64,000 bases of DNA, taken from contig CAWCLO010000002.1 of the NCBI GenBank assembly GCA_963796455.1, positions 128,001 to 192,000 on the forward strand, given 5' to 3'. The notes below the pieces were generated by a model. The model worked only from the letters and a program-made list of their open reading frames with translations, had not been told where the DNA came from and ran no database searches. Numbering within the stretch: position 1 is the stretch's first letter; each line of letters starts with the position of its first letter. The position numbers and the translations under genes are program-made. Origin of the DNA: Candidatus Sulfomarinibacteraceae bacterium. GTDB lineage: Bacteria > Acidobacteriota > Thermoanaerobaculia > Thermoanaerobaculales > Sulfomarinibacteraceae. This document shows positions 52,073-61,668 of the stretch, piece after piece.

Positions 52073-54000
52073 TTCTTTCTCCTTTGTATCAAGTCGGTGA
52101 CAGACAGACCGCCGCGCGCGTTCTGCAGCCGTTTCAGCGCCTCGGGGTCGCCCATATACCGTGGTGTCAACGGTGGTTCGCGAAGGACTCCGCGCCACCG
52201 CAGTTCGCGCACGATCGGGATGTGATTGGCCGCGATCTTTCCAACAAAAAGCTGTTCCAGGTCGCCGCCGGAAGAGACATATTTCAGGATCTGGACCAGA
52301 CCGCGGAGATAGACCGCGTCCTTGGTCAGACCGCCTCCCCGGTAGGTTCTCATCGTGATGGCGAATGCCGTTCGCTCGCCGAAACCGAAGCGTTCGTCGA
52401 GCTGGCGAAAGCACTCGATAAATGTCGCACCGTCGAGCATGATCCGAGCGGCGACGACCCGGGCGGCCAGAAGCCGCAACCTCGGCTTGCTGAGCCCGCC
52501 CACGAGATACTCGGAAAAAACGGCCAGGCCTTCCTGGAACGCATCGTAGCCGGCAAGCCCGGCGTAGAGATGGCGCAGTTTCTGCGCCCGCCCGTTGTGA
52601 TAGGTGAGCACATGGGTCCCGACCTCGTGCTGGATCAGCGCCTCGACCCGGGAGCTCGGAACGCTGAGCCGGGTGCTGATCAGAAGGTTTCCCTGAGACA
52701 CCATCAGACCGGTTATGTCGGGTCTGATTTCGACGCCTGCTCCGATCTCCGGCATCTGGAGCCGGAGGAATTCGATTTCCCGCCTCGCGCGATCGGCAAA
52801 CTCGGCAGCACCCACCTTGTGACCCGAAGCCCCGTCGCGGCTTCGCGGAGGAATCGCCCGCAGGATCTCGAGAGCCAGATCGTAGAGTTCGTCCTCGACC
52901 GCCCCGTATTGCTGGATGCTTTCGTGGACGAAGCGTGCGGTGTTGCGGTCCTGCAGCATGGTGATCTGGCGTTCGATGTCGTCGAGTTTCTCCCGGAAAA
53001 TCATCGCCAGTGCGGGGTCCTCGATTCGCTCGACCGGGGTCCGGTAGAGCGTGCGTTTGAGCACCAGCGGCTCCGCCGGCAGGGGCCGGTAGTGGAACGC
53101 GGGTGGTTTCTCGAATTTCTTTCGCTTGAACGCGTTCCACGCCTGTTCGACGTTGACCGGTGTCACCTGGAGCAGGAAGTCGAAGGCCTCGGCGGCATCG
53201 GCAAGCATCCGATCGACGTCCCAGACGGCTTTAACGACGGCCCGCCGGCCGAGGGCGTGAAAGTGAGGCGGCCGGTGGGTTGTTTTGCTGATGGTGAACT
53301 GGAAAAGAGCACGGCGCAGGGCGACCGTCACCTGCCGGCGGAGAATTCTGAGGATCCTGGGGAAGATTTCCAGGGTCGCGGGGTCGCGAAAGATCGGCGA
53401 GATCTCGAGACCATAGAGATAACACCCAGCCCGCTCGGCGACCTCGGGGGGTACGACCGAACGAATGCCTCTGGGCCCGATCCTGTTGGTCTTTCGGGTC
53501 GAGACCCGCGCTTTGCGTCGATCGAGCGTGACCCGGCTCAGAGCGGACTCGAACGCGTCCGTGATCGTGGTGTCCGCGGTCCGGCGCTGCGCAAGAATCT
53601 CAAAGGCCGGAACCATCTCGGCGGAAGACACCGGGCCCTCCGTTTCGTTGCCCGGACCCGCCCACAGTTCGAGGATCAAAAAGGCCCCGAACTCATCGAT
53701 CATGACATCGGCAACCGTCCGTACGAGATCGGCGATCTCCGGCTGCAGCTTCTTGTCCTCGGAGCAGAGGAGATAAGAAGCTTCGCTGGTGGCGAAACGG
53801 TAGGTGCCGGGATCGGTGGTCTTGACCGGATTTCGATAGATGCACAGGAAGGGAAGCTGGCGGTCGATGGCGATCCGACCCCACACCGGCAGCGTCCGTC
53901 GCACACCCTTGTTTTCTCGGAGCCGCGATTCAATGGTCGCGAGCAGTCGCTTCGAAACGGTTTTCGGCCTTCGCGGCCCGGCGGATGAACCCTCGTTCAC
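52069..54000 (-). CDS. QEGLA-motif / DUF1704 metallopeptidase (MATCAP-like)
   Basis: 'HEVGTH' (HExxxH), 'QEGLA', 'R.YRGGGLTKDAVYLRG', 'LFVGK'; GTGA overlap with the upstream gene. Confidence 0.88.
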   Translation of the reverse strand: MNEGSSAGPRRPKTVSKRLLATIESRLRENKGVRRTLPVWGRIAIDRQLPFLCIYRNPVKTTDPGTYRFATSEASYLLCSEDKKLQPEIADLVRTVADVMIDEFGAFLILELWAGPGNETEGPVSSAEMVPAFEILAQRRTADTTITDAFESALSRVTLDRRKARVSTRKTNRIGPRGIRSVVPPEVAERAGCYLYGLEISPIFRDPATLEIFPRILRILRRQVTVALRRALFQFTISKTTHRPPHFHALGRRAVVKAVWDVDRMLADAAEAFDFLLQVTPVNVEQAWNAFKRKKFEKPPAFHYRPLPAEPLVLKRTLYRTPVERIEDPALAMIFREKLDDIERQITMLQDRNTARFVHESIQQYGAVEDELYDLALEILRAIPPRSRDGASGHKVGAAEFADRARREIEFLRLQMPEIGAGVEIRPDITGLMVSQGNLLISTRLSVPSSRVEALIQHEVGTHVLTYHNGRAQKLRHLYAGLAGYDAFQEGLAVFSEYLVGGLSKPRLRLLAARVVAARIMLDGATFIECFRQLDERFGFGERTAFAITMRTYRGGGLTKDAVYLRGLVQILKYVSSGGDLEQLFVGKIAANHIPIVRELRWRGVLREPPLTPRYMGDPEALKRLQNARGGLSVTDLIQRRKK

Positions 54001-54782
54001 AGCTTTTCGAGCTCGTCGAGGACGCCGGGAACCGTCGATTCGAGCGCCCGGCCGACCGCATTTGCCAGTGCCTGATCGGCCACTCCGGTCCATTCGTCCA
54101 TAAAGAACTTCTTGACCTCGATCGACAGCACACATGCCGACTGCGGAAAGGTCTGATGTGCCCACCGGCCGTGGTTACCGCCTCGAAAACGGATGTTTTC
54201 GCGCACGTCGAGAGCACCGCCTGGAAAATCGTAGGCTCCGAGATCGGCCATGAAGCGATCGATGACCGGAGCCCATGCGCTGCGGTCGGCGATCGTTCCG
54301 GTTCCGACATTGACCTGCGGGTTCGCCAGCGGATCGGCCTCGGGGCCGCCGGGCCCATCCCGCCGGTGATTGTAGGTGTGGAGATCGAACACGACAAAAC
54401 GGCCGTATCGTGCGGCCAGATCGGAATAGAGTTCCTGGAGGGCAGCGTAGAAAGCATCGTATTCGGCCACCGATTTCTCGGCAACTTCCAAGGGAACTTC
54501 GCCGTGCCAGACCTCGAGCCCCCACGCGTCGTCCGGAGTCAGATAAACAGCCTTTTCACGGGGGCGATTGAGATCGACCTCGAATCGCGACCGCAGCCCG
54601 ATGACCCGGGTCGGCGCGACGATTGTCCAGCCGCCTGTCCATGGATCCTCCTCGCGCAAACGACCGGCCTCGTCGAGCGCCATGAGGCGCAGGGCGTCGG
54701 CGCGCACCTCGTGCCCATCGTGGATCGCTGTCGCCACGAGAGGCCCGTCACCCTTTTCCATCACCCAAATTCGGTCCGCCAT
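53997..54782 (-). CDS. N-formylglutamate amidohydrolase family protein
   Basis: 'ATAIHDGH', 'REEDPWT', 'SRFEVDLNR', 'DLHTYN', 'EN.RF.GG', 'IEVKK'. Confidence 0.9.
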   Translation of the reverse strand: MADRIWVMEKGDGPLVATAIHDGHEVRADALRLMALDEAGRLREEDPWTGGWTIVAPTRVIGLRSRFEVDLNRPREKAVYLTPDDAWGLEVWHGEVPLEVAEKSVAEYDAFYAALQELYSDLAARYGRFVVFDLHTYNHRRDGPGGPEADPLANPQVNVGTGTIADRSAWAPVIDRFMADLGAYDFPGGALDVRENIRFRGGNHGRWAHQTFPQSACVLSIEVKKFFMDEWTGVADQALANAVGRALESTVPGVLDELEKL

Positions 54783-54940
54783 CGGTCCCTCTTTCATGTG
54801 TGATTTCCGGGATCCTGCAGTGTAGCAGTTATCTTGCCGGATGATTCTCCTGCCGCGAAATTTTTTTTTGTGAGGATTCAGCCGCCCTCGGGATAGGGCA
54901 CCACCGGGCATAATCCGTCCTCCTGAGGTATCGTGATGGG

Positions 54941-57247
54941 ATGAATCCGTCAGGGCTGACCAGGTTGTTTTCATCTCCGTCCGGCGAAAGCTCGCAGAGT
55001 CCAAAGCTCGGCACCTTTGTCGGTGTGTTCACGCCGACGATCCTGACGATCCTCGGCGTCATCATGTACCTCCGTTTCGGCTGGTTGGTCGGACACCTCG
55101 GTCTGATACGCGTGGTCCTTGTCGTCGCGCTGGCCAACGCCATCACCTTCATCACAACCCTCGCGTTTTCGGCGGTGGCGACCAACGCCAGGGTAGGCGT
55201 CGGCGGCGCCTACTTCATCATTTCGCGTAGTCTTGGCCTCGAACTCGGCGGTGCCATCGGGGTTCCGCTCTTTCTTTCGCAGGCCTTTTCCGTGACCCTG
55301 TACGCCTACGGTCTCGCCGAATCGTTTCGGTTCGTGTGGCCGGGGTTGCCGTTGTTGCCGGTGACGTTGGTGGTCGTGATCGCGGTCGGGATTCTGGCCA
55401 TGACCGGCGCCGAACGCGCGCTCCGGGCGCAGGTCGTGCTGATGGGTTTCGTAGGGTTGTCGCTGATTGCTCTGACGATCGGTGCCTTGGCGCGCTCCTC
55501 CGAATCGACGGTTGTGCTTCACCCCCCTACCGGCGACGTCGGATTCTGGGTCGGTTTCGCGGTTTTCTTTCCCGCCGTCACCGGGGTGATGGCGGGGCTC
55601 GGGTTGTCCGGGGATTTGCGCGATCCAGGTAAAGCGATCCCGCTCGGGTCGATCGCGGCGGTGGCGACCGGTTTCCTCGTGTACCTTCTGATTCCACTTC
55701 TTCTTTCCATCGGTGCGGATCCCTCCGATCTGCGCGATGACCCGATGGTCTGGTCGAGGGTCGCCGCCTTCGGACCGTGGCTGGTGCTCCCCGGTTTGTG
55801 GTCCGCGATCTTCTCGTCCGCGGTGGGATCGATCCTGGCCGCTCCGCGAACTCTGCAGGCACTGGCCCGGGATGGCATCGCTCCGAAATTCTTGTGGCGG
55901 CCGACGGGTGATTCACGGGAGCTGTTGCCGGGGATGGTGGTGACGTTGGCGATCGCTGTCGGTGCGGTTTTCCTCGGCAACCTCAACGCGGTGGCCGCGG
56001 TGGTTTCGATGTTTTTCCTCACGGTCTATGGCACCGTGAACATCGTTGCCGCCTTCGAGATTCTGAGCGGAGACCCGTCGTGGCGTCCGAAGATCAACGT
56101 CCCGTGGCCGGTGACTCTGGCCGGTGGCCTCGCCTGTATGGTCGTGATGGTCCTCATCAGTCCAGTTGCGGGCCTGCTCGCCCTTGTGGCCGAGTTTTCC
56201 CTCTGGATGTACCTGTCGCGGCGAGCGCAAAAAGCGCGGTGGGGCGACGCGCGGCGCGGTCTCTACGAGGCATTGATACGGTGGGCTCTCATCCGGCTCA
56301 ACGAGCGGCCGATCAGCGCCCGCAACTGGCGGCCGCATATTCTGGCGTTTGTCGTCGACCCTCTGAAGGAACTCGATCTCATCCGTTTTGGCGACTGGTT
56401 CAGCCAGGGACGGGGCGTTGTGACGGTCTGCAACCTGGTGGTCGGCGACCTCGCGAGTGACGAACTCGACCTGTCCAGCCGCCGCAATCGCATCAAGGAA
56501 GTGATCGACGCCGAGGATATCGTGGTCTTCCCGGAGGTCGACGCGGTCAACGATATCGTCGAGGGGATTGTCAATGTCAGCCAGGCCAACGGCATGGCGG
56601 GGATGGCGAGCAATACGGTGCTTCTCGGATGGCCGGAGTCGATCGCCCTCCGGGCCGAGTTCCTGCGCGTGATGCGCAAGCTCGAGTTCCTCAAAAAGTC
56701 GTTCGTGTTGGGCAGGATTCGGCCCAAGTACATGTTTCGTCGGGAGAACCCGAAGATCCACGTGTGGTGGGGAGGGCTGGAGCGCAACGGCGACCTCCTG
56801 CTGCTGCTTGCGCATCTCTTGAACTCGAACGCCGAATGGCGCGGCGCGACGGTTGAGGTGATGAGTATTGCCTCCTCCGAGCTGATGAAGACACGCACCG
56901 AGACCTACCTCAAACAGCTGATGCCCGAGATCCGCATCGAGGCCGAGGTGCATGTCGTGCTCAAACCGAAGGGGGAATCGGTCACCGAGGTCATCCATCG
57001 TGAAAGCGCCGAGGCGGCGGCGGTCTTCCTCGGGCTTCAGGTGCCCGAGATCGGTGACGAGGAGGCGTATGCGGAAAGGATCGAGCGACTCGCCGGAGAA
57101 TTGCCGGTGGTCTTTTTCGTCAAGAACTCGAGCCTCTTCGTCGGCGAGCTGCTAGAGACGACCGAGGCCGCTATCGAGGACGATGAGACTGAGGAAGACG
57201 AAGCTGAAGACCCTCCAGTGCGCGACACCCTGCCGCTGCCGGAGTAG
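54941..57247 (+). CDS. Cation-chloride cotransporter (SLC12/NKCC-like, APC superfamily)
   Basis: 'GVFTP..LTILGVIMYLR', 'GGAYFIISRSLG.E.GGAIG', 'FFPAVTG..AG..LSGDL', cytoplasmic 'NWRPHIL', 'NTVLLGW', 'IHVWW'. Confidence 0.9.
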   Translation: MNPSGLTRLFSSPSGESSQSPKLGTFVGVFTPTILTILGVIMYLRFGWLVGHLGLIRVVLVVALANAITFITTLAFSAVATNARVGVGGAYFIISRSLGLELGGAIGVPLFLSQAFSVTLYAYGLAESFRFVWPGLPLLPVTLVVVIAVGILAMTGAERALRAQVVLMGFVGLSLIALTIGALARSSESTVVLHPPTGDVGFWVGFAVFFPAVTGVMAGLGLSGDLRDPGKAIPLGSIAAVATGFLVYLLIPLLLSIGADPSDLRDDPMVWSRVAAFGPWLVLPGLWSAIFSSAVGSILAAPRTLQALARDGIAPKFLWRPTGDSRELLPGMVVTLAIAVGAVFLGNLNAVAAVVSMFFLTVYGTVNIVAAFEILSGDPSWRPKINVPWPVTLAGGLACMVVMVLISPVAGLLALVAEFSLWMYLSRRAQKARWGDARRGLYEALIRWALIRLNERPISARNWRPHILAFVVDPLKELDLIRFGDWFSQGRGVVTVCNLVVGDLASDELDLSSRRNRIKEVIDAEDIVVFPEVDAVNDIVEGIVNVSQANGMAGMASNTVLLGWPESIALRAEFLRVMRKLEFLKKSFVLGRIRPKYMFRRENPKIHVWWGGLERNGDLLLLLAHLLNSNAEWRGATVEVMSIASSELMKTRTETYLKQLMPEIRIEAEVHVVLKPKGESVTEVIHRESAEAAAVFLGLQVPEIGDEEAYAERIERLAGELPVVFFVKNSSLFVGELLETTEAAIEDDETEEDEAEDPPVRDTLPLPE

Positions 57248-57439
57248 CCCAGTTGTCTGGGGAGATGTTCGGTGGTGCCGAAAAGGAAATTCTCGTTACT
57301 CTTTGCCGCGCGCGACGACCCCGTTTTCGCGTATCCGACCCAGTGCTAATACGACAATGCGCTGGAGGGAAAGCGCCTTGCCCGTGTGGCCGTCGACCGT
57401 CTTCGTCGGTTGGATTGCCCAAAGGCTGAATCGCGCCGT

Positions 57440-58375
57440 CTAGCCTGGCAGCGATTTCGGTTTCATCAAATTGTCTTCCATCATCTTGAGCTCGTCGATG
57501 CCCGAAATGATGATTTTGGGATCGATTTGCAGCTCTTCGGCCGGCGCCTTGTCGGCGTAGTCGATCTGCGAAAGCACGTATTTTATGCAGTTGAGGCGGG
57601 CCAGCTTTTTGATATCGGATCGTACGATCGTCCACGGTGCGATGGTGCGGTTGCTCTCCGACAACATCTGAAACTTCCTCACGGTGTACTGGTCCCAGAG
57701 TTTTTGAGCCTGCTCGTCCACCGGCGAGATCTTGTACTGCTTGAGCAGGTCGCCGTGGCGCGATTTGAAACGCCTGAGCTGTTCCTTTTTGGAAACCGAA
57801 AAATAGAACTTGAAGAGTTTGATCCCGCCCTTGACCAGCAGGCGTTCGAAAAGGGGCACGTCCTTGAGGAATCGCTTGTTCTCCTCGTCGGTGCAAAAAC
57901 CCATGACCGGTTCGACCATGGCGCGGTTGTACCAGGACCGATCGAAGAACACGATCTCACCCGCCGCCGGGAGATGCGAGACGTAGCGCTGGAAATACCA
58001 CTGGGTGCGCTCCCGGTCGCTCGGTTTTTCGAGCGCGACCACACGCGCTCCACGAGGATTCATGTGTTCGGTGAAACGCTTGATGGTGCCGCCCTTTCCG
58101 GCCGCATCGCGTCCCTCGAAGAGCATCACGATCCGCATTCCGTCCGAACGGACCTTGGACTGCATCTTCATGAGCTCGATCTGGAGCTTGTGCAGTTCAT
58201 TTTCATAATCGAGGGTGAATTCCTTCACCCAAATCGGCACCCGGTCGTTGTTTTCGGTCTTTTCGCTGTTTTTGAACGCCGTGTGCTCACGCAACTTGGC
58301 CCGCTTTTTTTGCGGCCCTTTTTTGACCGCAGAACCCTTGGACCGCGAGGTCTTTTTATTTGGTGCGTTTTTCAT
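57440..58375 (-). CDS. ppk2: Polyphosphate kinase 2
   Basis: 'FEGRDAAGKGG', 'WYFQRY', 'FDRSWYNRA.VE.VMGFC'. Confidence 0.95.
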   Translation of the reverse strand: MKNAPNKKTSRSKGSAVKKGPQKKRAKLREHTAFKNSEKTENNDRVPIWVKEFTLDYENELHKLQIELMKMQSKVRSDGMRIVMLFEGRDAAGKGGTIKRFTEHMNPRGARVVALEKPSDRERTQWYFQRYVSHLPAAGEIVFFDRSWYNRAMVEPVMGFCTDEENKRFLKDVPLFERLLVKGGIKLFKFYFSVSKKEQLRRFKSRHGDLLKQYKISPVDEQAQKLWDQYTVRKFQMLSESNRTIAPWTIVRSDIKKLARLNCIKYVLSQIDYADKAPAEELQIDPKIIISGIDELKMMEDNLMKPKSLPG

Positions 58376-58415
58376 GGTGGTGGGGCTCGCCTCCCCGGGG
58401 TCGGCACCGCTCTGT

Positions 58416-59390
58416 TCAGCGGATGAACTTGCCGTACTTCCGTTTTTGTTTTTGCATGTTCTTGATTTCCTTGTCGCCTCGGATGACGATGTCGGGATTC
58501 GGCGAAAAATCGAGGGTCCGGCTCCGACCCGTGTACTTGATCTGTTTCAAAATGAGTTTGATGGTCTCGAGCCGGGCCAGTGCCTTGTCGTCGGAACGGA
58601 TGACCCACCAGGGAGTTGCCGGTGTGTGGGTCTTTTTCAGGAGGCGATATTTCACCTTGGTGAACTCGTCCCAGAGATCCTGCGCCTGAAGATCAACCTC
58701 GCTCAGTTTCCACTGCCGGAGAGGGTCGTCTTTTCGCCTTTTGAAGCGCAACGCCTGCTCGGCCTTGGAGACCGAGAAATAGAGCTTGATGAGAAAGGTC
58801 GTTTTGTCTGCGATGATCCGTTCCTCGTAACCGACGACCTTGTCCATAAAGCGTTTGTATTGTGCCTTGGTGCAGAAACCCATCACCGGTTCGACCAGCG
58901 CGCGGTTGTACCAGCTCCGGTCGAAGAGCACCATCTCCCCGGCGTGGGGAAGATGTTCGATATAGCGCTTCATGTGCAGCTCGGTCCGCTGTTGGATGGT
59001 GGGCTTCCCGAGGGCGATGATCCGGTATCTCTTCTCGTTCATATAGCGCGTGACGCGGCGGATTGTGCCGCCCTTACCCGATGCGTCGCGTCCGTCGAAA
59101 AGGATGATCGCCTTTTTGTTGGTGCGTTCGAGATGTTGTTGAAGCTTGATCAATTCGGCCTGGTAGGGCTTGAGGACCTCGGATCTGAAGTACTTGATGA
59201 GAGCCGCATCGAGCACCTCTTTGCGGTCCTTTTTTTTCATGCCCTTGTGAACGGATTGGATCTGTTCGACCGTGGTCGTGGGATCGACCGTCGGTTCGAT
59301 CTTCTCGATGACCGCACGGATCCTGGAGGTGGACCCCTCGGACATCTCAGGGCCTTTGATAACTTGTTTTTTCTTCGATCTGGGGGCCAC
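58416..59390 (-). CDS. ppk2: Polyphosphate kinase 2 (second paralog)
   Basis: 'FDGRDASGKGG', 'FDRSWYNRALVEPVMGFC', 'PLRQWKLS'. Confidence 0.93.
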   Translation of the reverse strand: MAPRSKKKQVIKGPEMSEGSTSRIRAVIEKIEPTVDPTTTVEQIQSVHKGMKKKDRKEVLDAALIKYFRSEVLKPYQAELIKLQQHLERTNKKAIILFDGRDASGKGGTIRRVTRYMNEKRYRIIALGKPTIQQRTELHMKRYIEHLPHAGEMVLFDRSWYNRALVEPVMGFCTKAQYKRFMDKVVGYEERIIADKTTFLIKLYFSVSKAEQALRFKRRKDDPLRQWKLSEVDLQAQDLWDEFTKVKYRLLKKTHTPATPWWVIRSDDKALARLETIKLILKQIKYTGRSRTLDFSPNPDIVIRGDKEIKNMQKQKRKYGKFIR

Positions 59391-59529
59391 TTCGTCAACC
59401 TTCCATTGTCCTCAGGAGTCGGCCCTCAAGTATAACGAATCCGGCGCCGCGCCGGGCGCACCAGAGCCCCTCAACGGTTGACTCTCCGGGTCGATCCCCG
59501 TCCCTCGATGAGGCCGCTGAGTTCGGTGG

Positions 59530-60837
59530 CTAGAGCATCCCCGAGAGCAGGGTCGCAATTCCCAGAAAGCTGAAGAACCCGACGACGTCGGTGACTGTGG
59601 TGAGGATGATCGATGACGACTGCGCCGGGTCCTGTCGGAGAGCGGTGAGAAGCATCGGGATGGCGGCGCCGGAAAGCCCGGCGGCGACCATCGAAAGGAT
59701 CATCGAAATACCGATGACCAGCGTCAGTCCCGGTGAGCGGCTCCACAGGTAGACCGCAGCGGCGGTCGAAACTGCGACCGCGATACCGTTGAAAAAGGCG
59801 ACCCGTCCTTCCTTGCTCGCAACTCTCAGCCACTGCCGAACCCGAACCTCACGCAGCGCCAGACCGCGCATGGTCACGGCCAGAGCCTGTGCGCCGGTGT
59901 TCCCGGACTGGCCGGCCACCACCGGAAGGAGGACGGCGAGGGCGGTGAAGCGCGCGATCGTGTCTTCGAACAGACCCACGACCGACGCGGCGAGGAACGC
60001 GGTCAGGAGGTTGACCTCGAGCCACGGCAGCCGTTTGCGAACCGCAAAGCTCACCGGTGAGAGCGCCCGCTCTTCGCTGCTCGCGCCGACCATGCGCTGG
60101 ATATCCGCGGTCGCCTCCTGTTCGACGACGTCGAGGAGAGAACGGTTGCGGATATAGCCCACGAGACGGCCGGCAAAATCCACGACCGGGAGGGCCAGGA
60201 TCTTGTGCGATTCCAACAACTCCATGACCTCCGATTGCGAACCGGTCGCCTGCACGCTGACCAGCGGGCCGGTGACGAGGTCGAGGAGCCGATCGTCCGG
60301 TTCGGCGATCGCGAGTTCCTGGAGGGTGACCCGGCCGACGTACACGCCATCCGAATCCACCACGTAGATGTTGACGATGCGCTGCTCCCGATGCCTACGG
60401 AGTTCCGCGAGGGCATCCGAGACCGACCGGTCGCCCGCCATCATGGGAACCCTCGGGTCCATGATGGCCCCGGCCGAATCGCTCGGGTAGCTGAGGAGGC
60501 TCGAGATCTCGCTCGCCGTTCTTTCCTCGAGCTGGTCGAGGATCTCCGCCCTTTCGCTCTCCTCGAGGCGGGCCAGAATCGCGGTCGAGCGGAGAGGATC
60601 GGCGGCCGCAAGAAGATCCCGTCGCGAGGCGGCGTCGAGTTCTCGAACGACCTCGGCGGCGGTACTGGTCTGCAGATGGTCGAGGAGCAGAGCGCCCGCT
60701 CGGGTCGGCAGCGAGACGACAAGTTCCGCAACCTCCTTCGGCGGTACGCGGTCGAGCTGTGCCACCGCCTCGGCAGTGAAACTGGTGATGAAATCTTCTG
60801 CCAGAAGCGAGGCCGCGCCCACGGCGTTGGTATTCAT
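59530..60837 (-). CDS. mgtE: Magnesium transporter MgtE
   Basis: N-domain, CBS pair, 'RLPWL', 'GQSGNTGAQ', 'DPA.SS', 'TTVTDVVG'. Confidence 0.93.
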   Translation of the reverse strand: MNTNAVGAASLLAEDFITSFTAEAVAQLDRVPPKEVAELVVSLPTRAGALLLDHLQTSTAAEVVRELDAASRRDLLAAADPLRSTAILARLEESERAEILDQLEERTASEISSLLSYPSDSAGAIMDPRVPMMAGDRSVSDALAELRRHREQRIVNIYVVDSDGVYVGRVTLQELAIAEPDDRLLDLVTGPLVSVQATGSQSEVMELLESHKILALPVVDFAGRLVGYIRNRSLLDVVEQEATADIQRMVGASSEERALSPVSFAVRKRLPWLEVNLLTAFLAASVVGLFEDTIARFTALAVLLPVVAGQSGNTGAQALAVTMRGLALREVRVRQWLRVASKEGRVAFFNGIAVAVSTAAAVYLWSRSPGLTLVIGISMILSMVAAGLSGAAIPMLLTALRQDPAQSSSIILTTVTDVVGFFSFLGIATLLSGML

Positions 60838-61667
60838 CGGGCACCCCCATTCGCCGGTTCCGAGCCGACCGTGGAGAGGGCTTCGATGGCGCTGAAGAGA
60901 CTCGACCAGTAGACCTCGCCGAGGTCGAGCAGCGCGCTCATGGCCGTCTCCGATCCAGCCGCCCCCCGCGAGGGCGACGGCGCGGCGCGCAGCATCTTGT
61001 GGCGAATGACGCCGATGAATGCGCCGTGATCGTCAACCACCGGGAGCGCGTCGAGATCGGCCCAGGCGCCGTGTTGGTGGACGACGGCCATCGAATCCGC
61101 GGCGGTGATGCTCTGAATCCGGGTTTTCATGAGCGATCGAAGGAGTTCAGCGTCCGGTTGGGCTGCGAGTTCCCGGCGATGAACGACCCCAACCAATCGG
61201 AGCTCTCGATCGACGACGTAGACATACGGAAACCTCGGATCGTCGACCCGTGATCTCGCCTCGGCGACGGTCATGTCGGCGTCGAACGGGATGACTGAGG
61301 TATCCGCCACCGACCCCGCCGTGCCTGCGGGGAGGGCGATGGCACTACGGACCCTCCGTTCGAGAGGTCGCGGAAGCGCCTGCAGAACCCTCTCTCGGAC
61401 TTCGGCCGAAAGCCGGGATAGCAGCATCACAGTCTTCGTCAGCTCGAGCTGTTCGACGATCTGGGCGGCGCGTTTGGGTTCGAGCCTGCCGAGGACTTCC
61501 GATGCGAAGTCGGGCCAAAGTTCCTTGAGAACTGGCGCTGCGATTTCGGGTTCGAGTCCGCCGACAAGGGCTGCGACGTCTTCCGGTGGGAGACCTTTTA
61601 CGCGCAGGGCCGCGGCGCGCGGATGGGCGGCAACGTAACGGTGAGCGAGCGAAAGTGTGGCGGTCAT
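60834..61667 (-). CDS. MgtE N-terminal + CBS domain soluble protein
   Basis: Helical MgtE_N-like repeats, then 'YVYVVDRE..LVGVV' and 'LPVVD..G.FIGVI'; ATGA overlap with mgtE. Confidence 0.8.
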   Translation of the reverse strand: MTATLSLAHRYVAAHPRAAALRVKGLPPEDVAALVGGLEPEIAAPVLKELWPDFASEVLGRLEPKRAAQIVEQLELTKTVMLLSRLSAEVRERVLQALPRPLERRVRSAIALPAGTAGSVADTSVIPFDADMTVAEARSRVDDPRFPYVYVVDRELRLVGVVHRRELAAQPDAELLRSLMKTRIQSITAADSMAVVHQHGAWADLDALPVVDDHGAFIGVIRHKMLRAAPSPSRGAAGSETAMSALLDLGEVYWSSLFSAIEALSTVGSEPANGGAR

Positions 61668-61668
61668 T

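Noticed and set aside
52073..53140. N-terminal extension of the 703-aa ORF as a fusion to the ATP-grasp ligase
   Set aside because: It overlaps the QEGLA peptidase in another frame and is Arg/Pro-rich noise; the real start is ATG 52072 with an AAGGAG SD.
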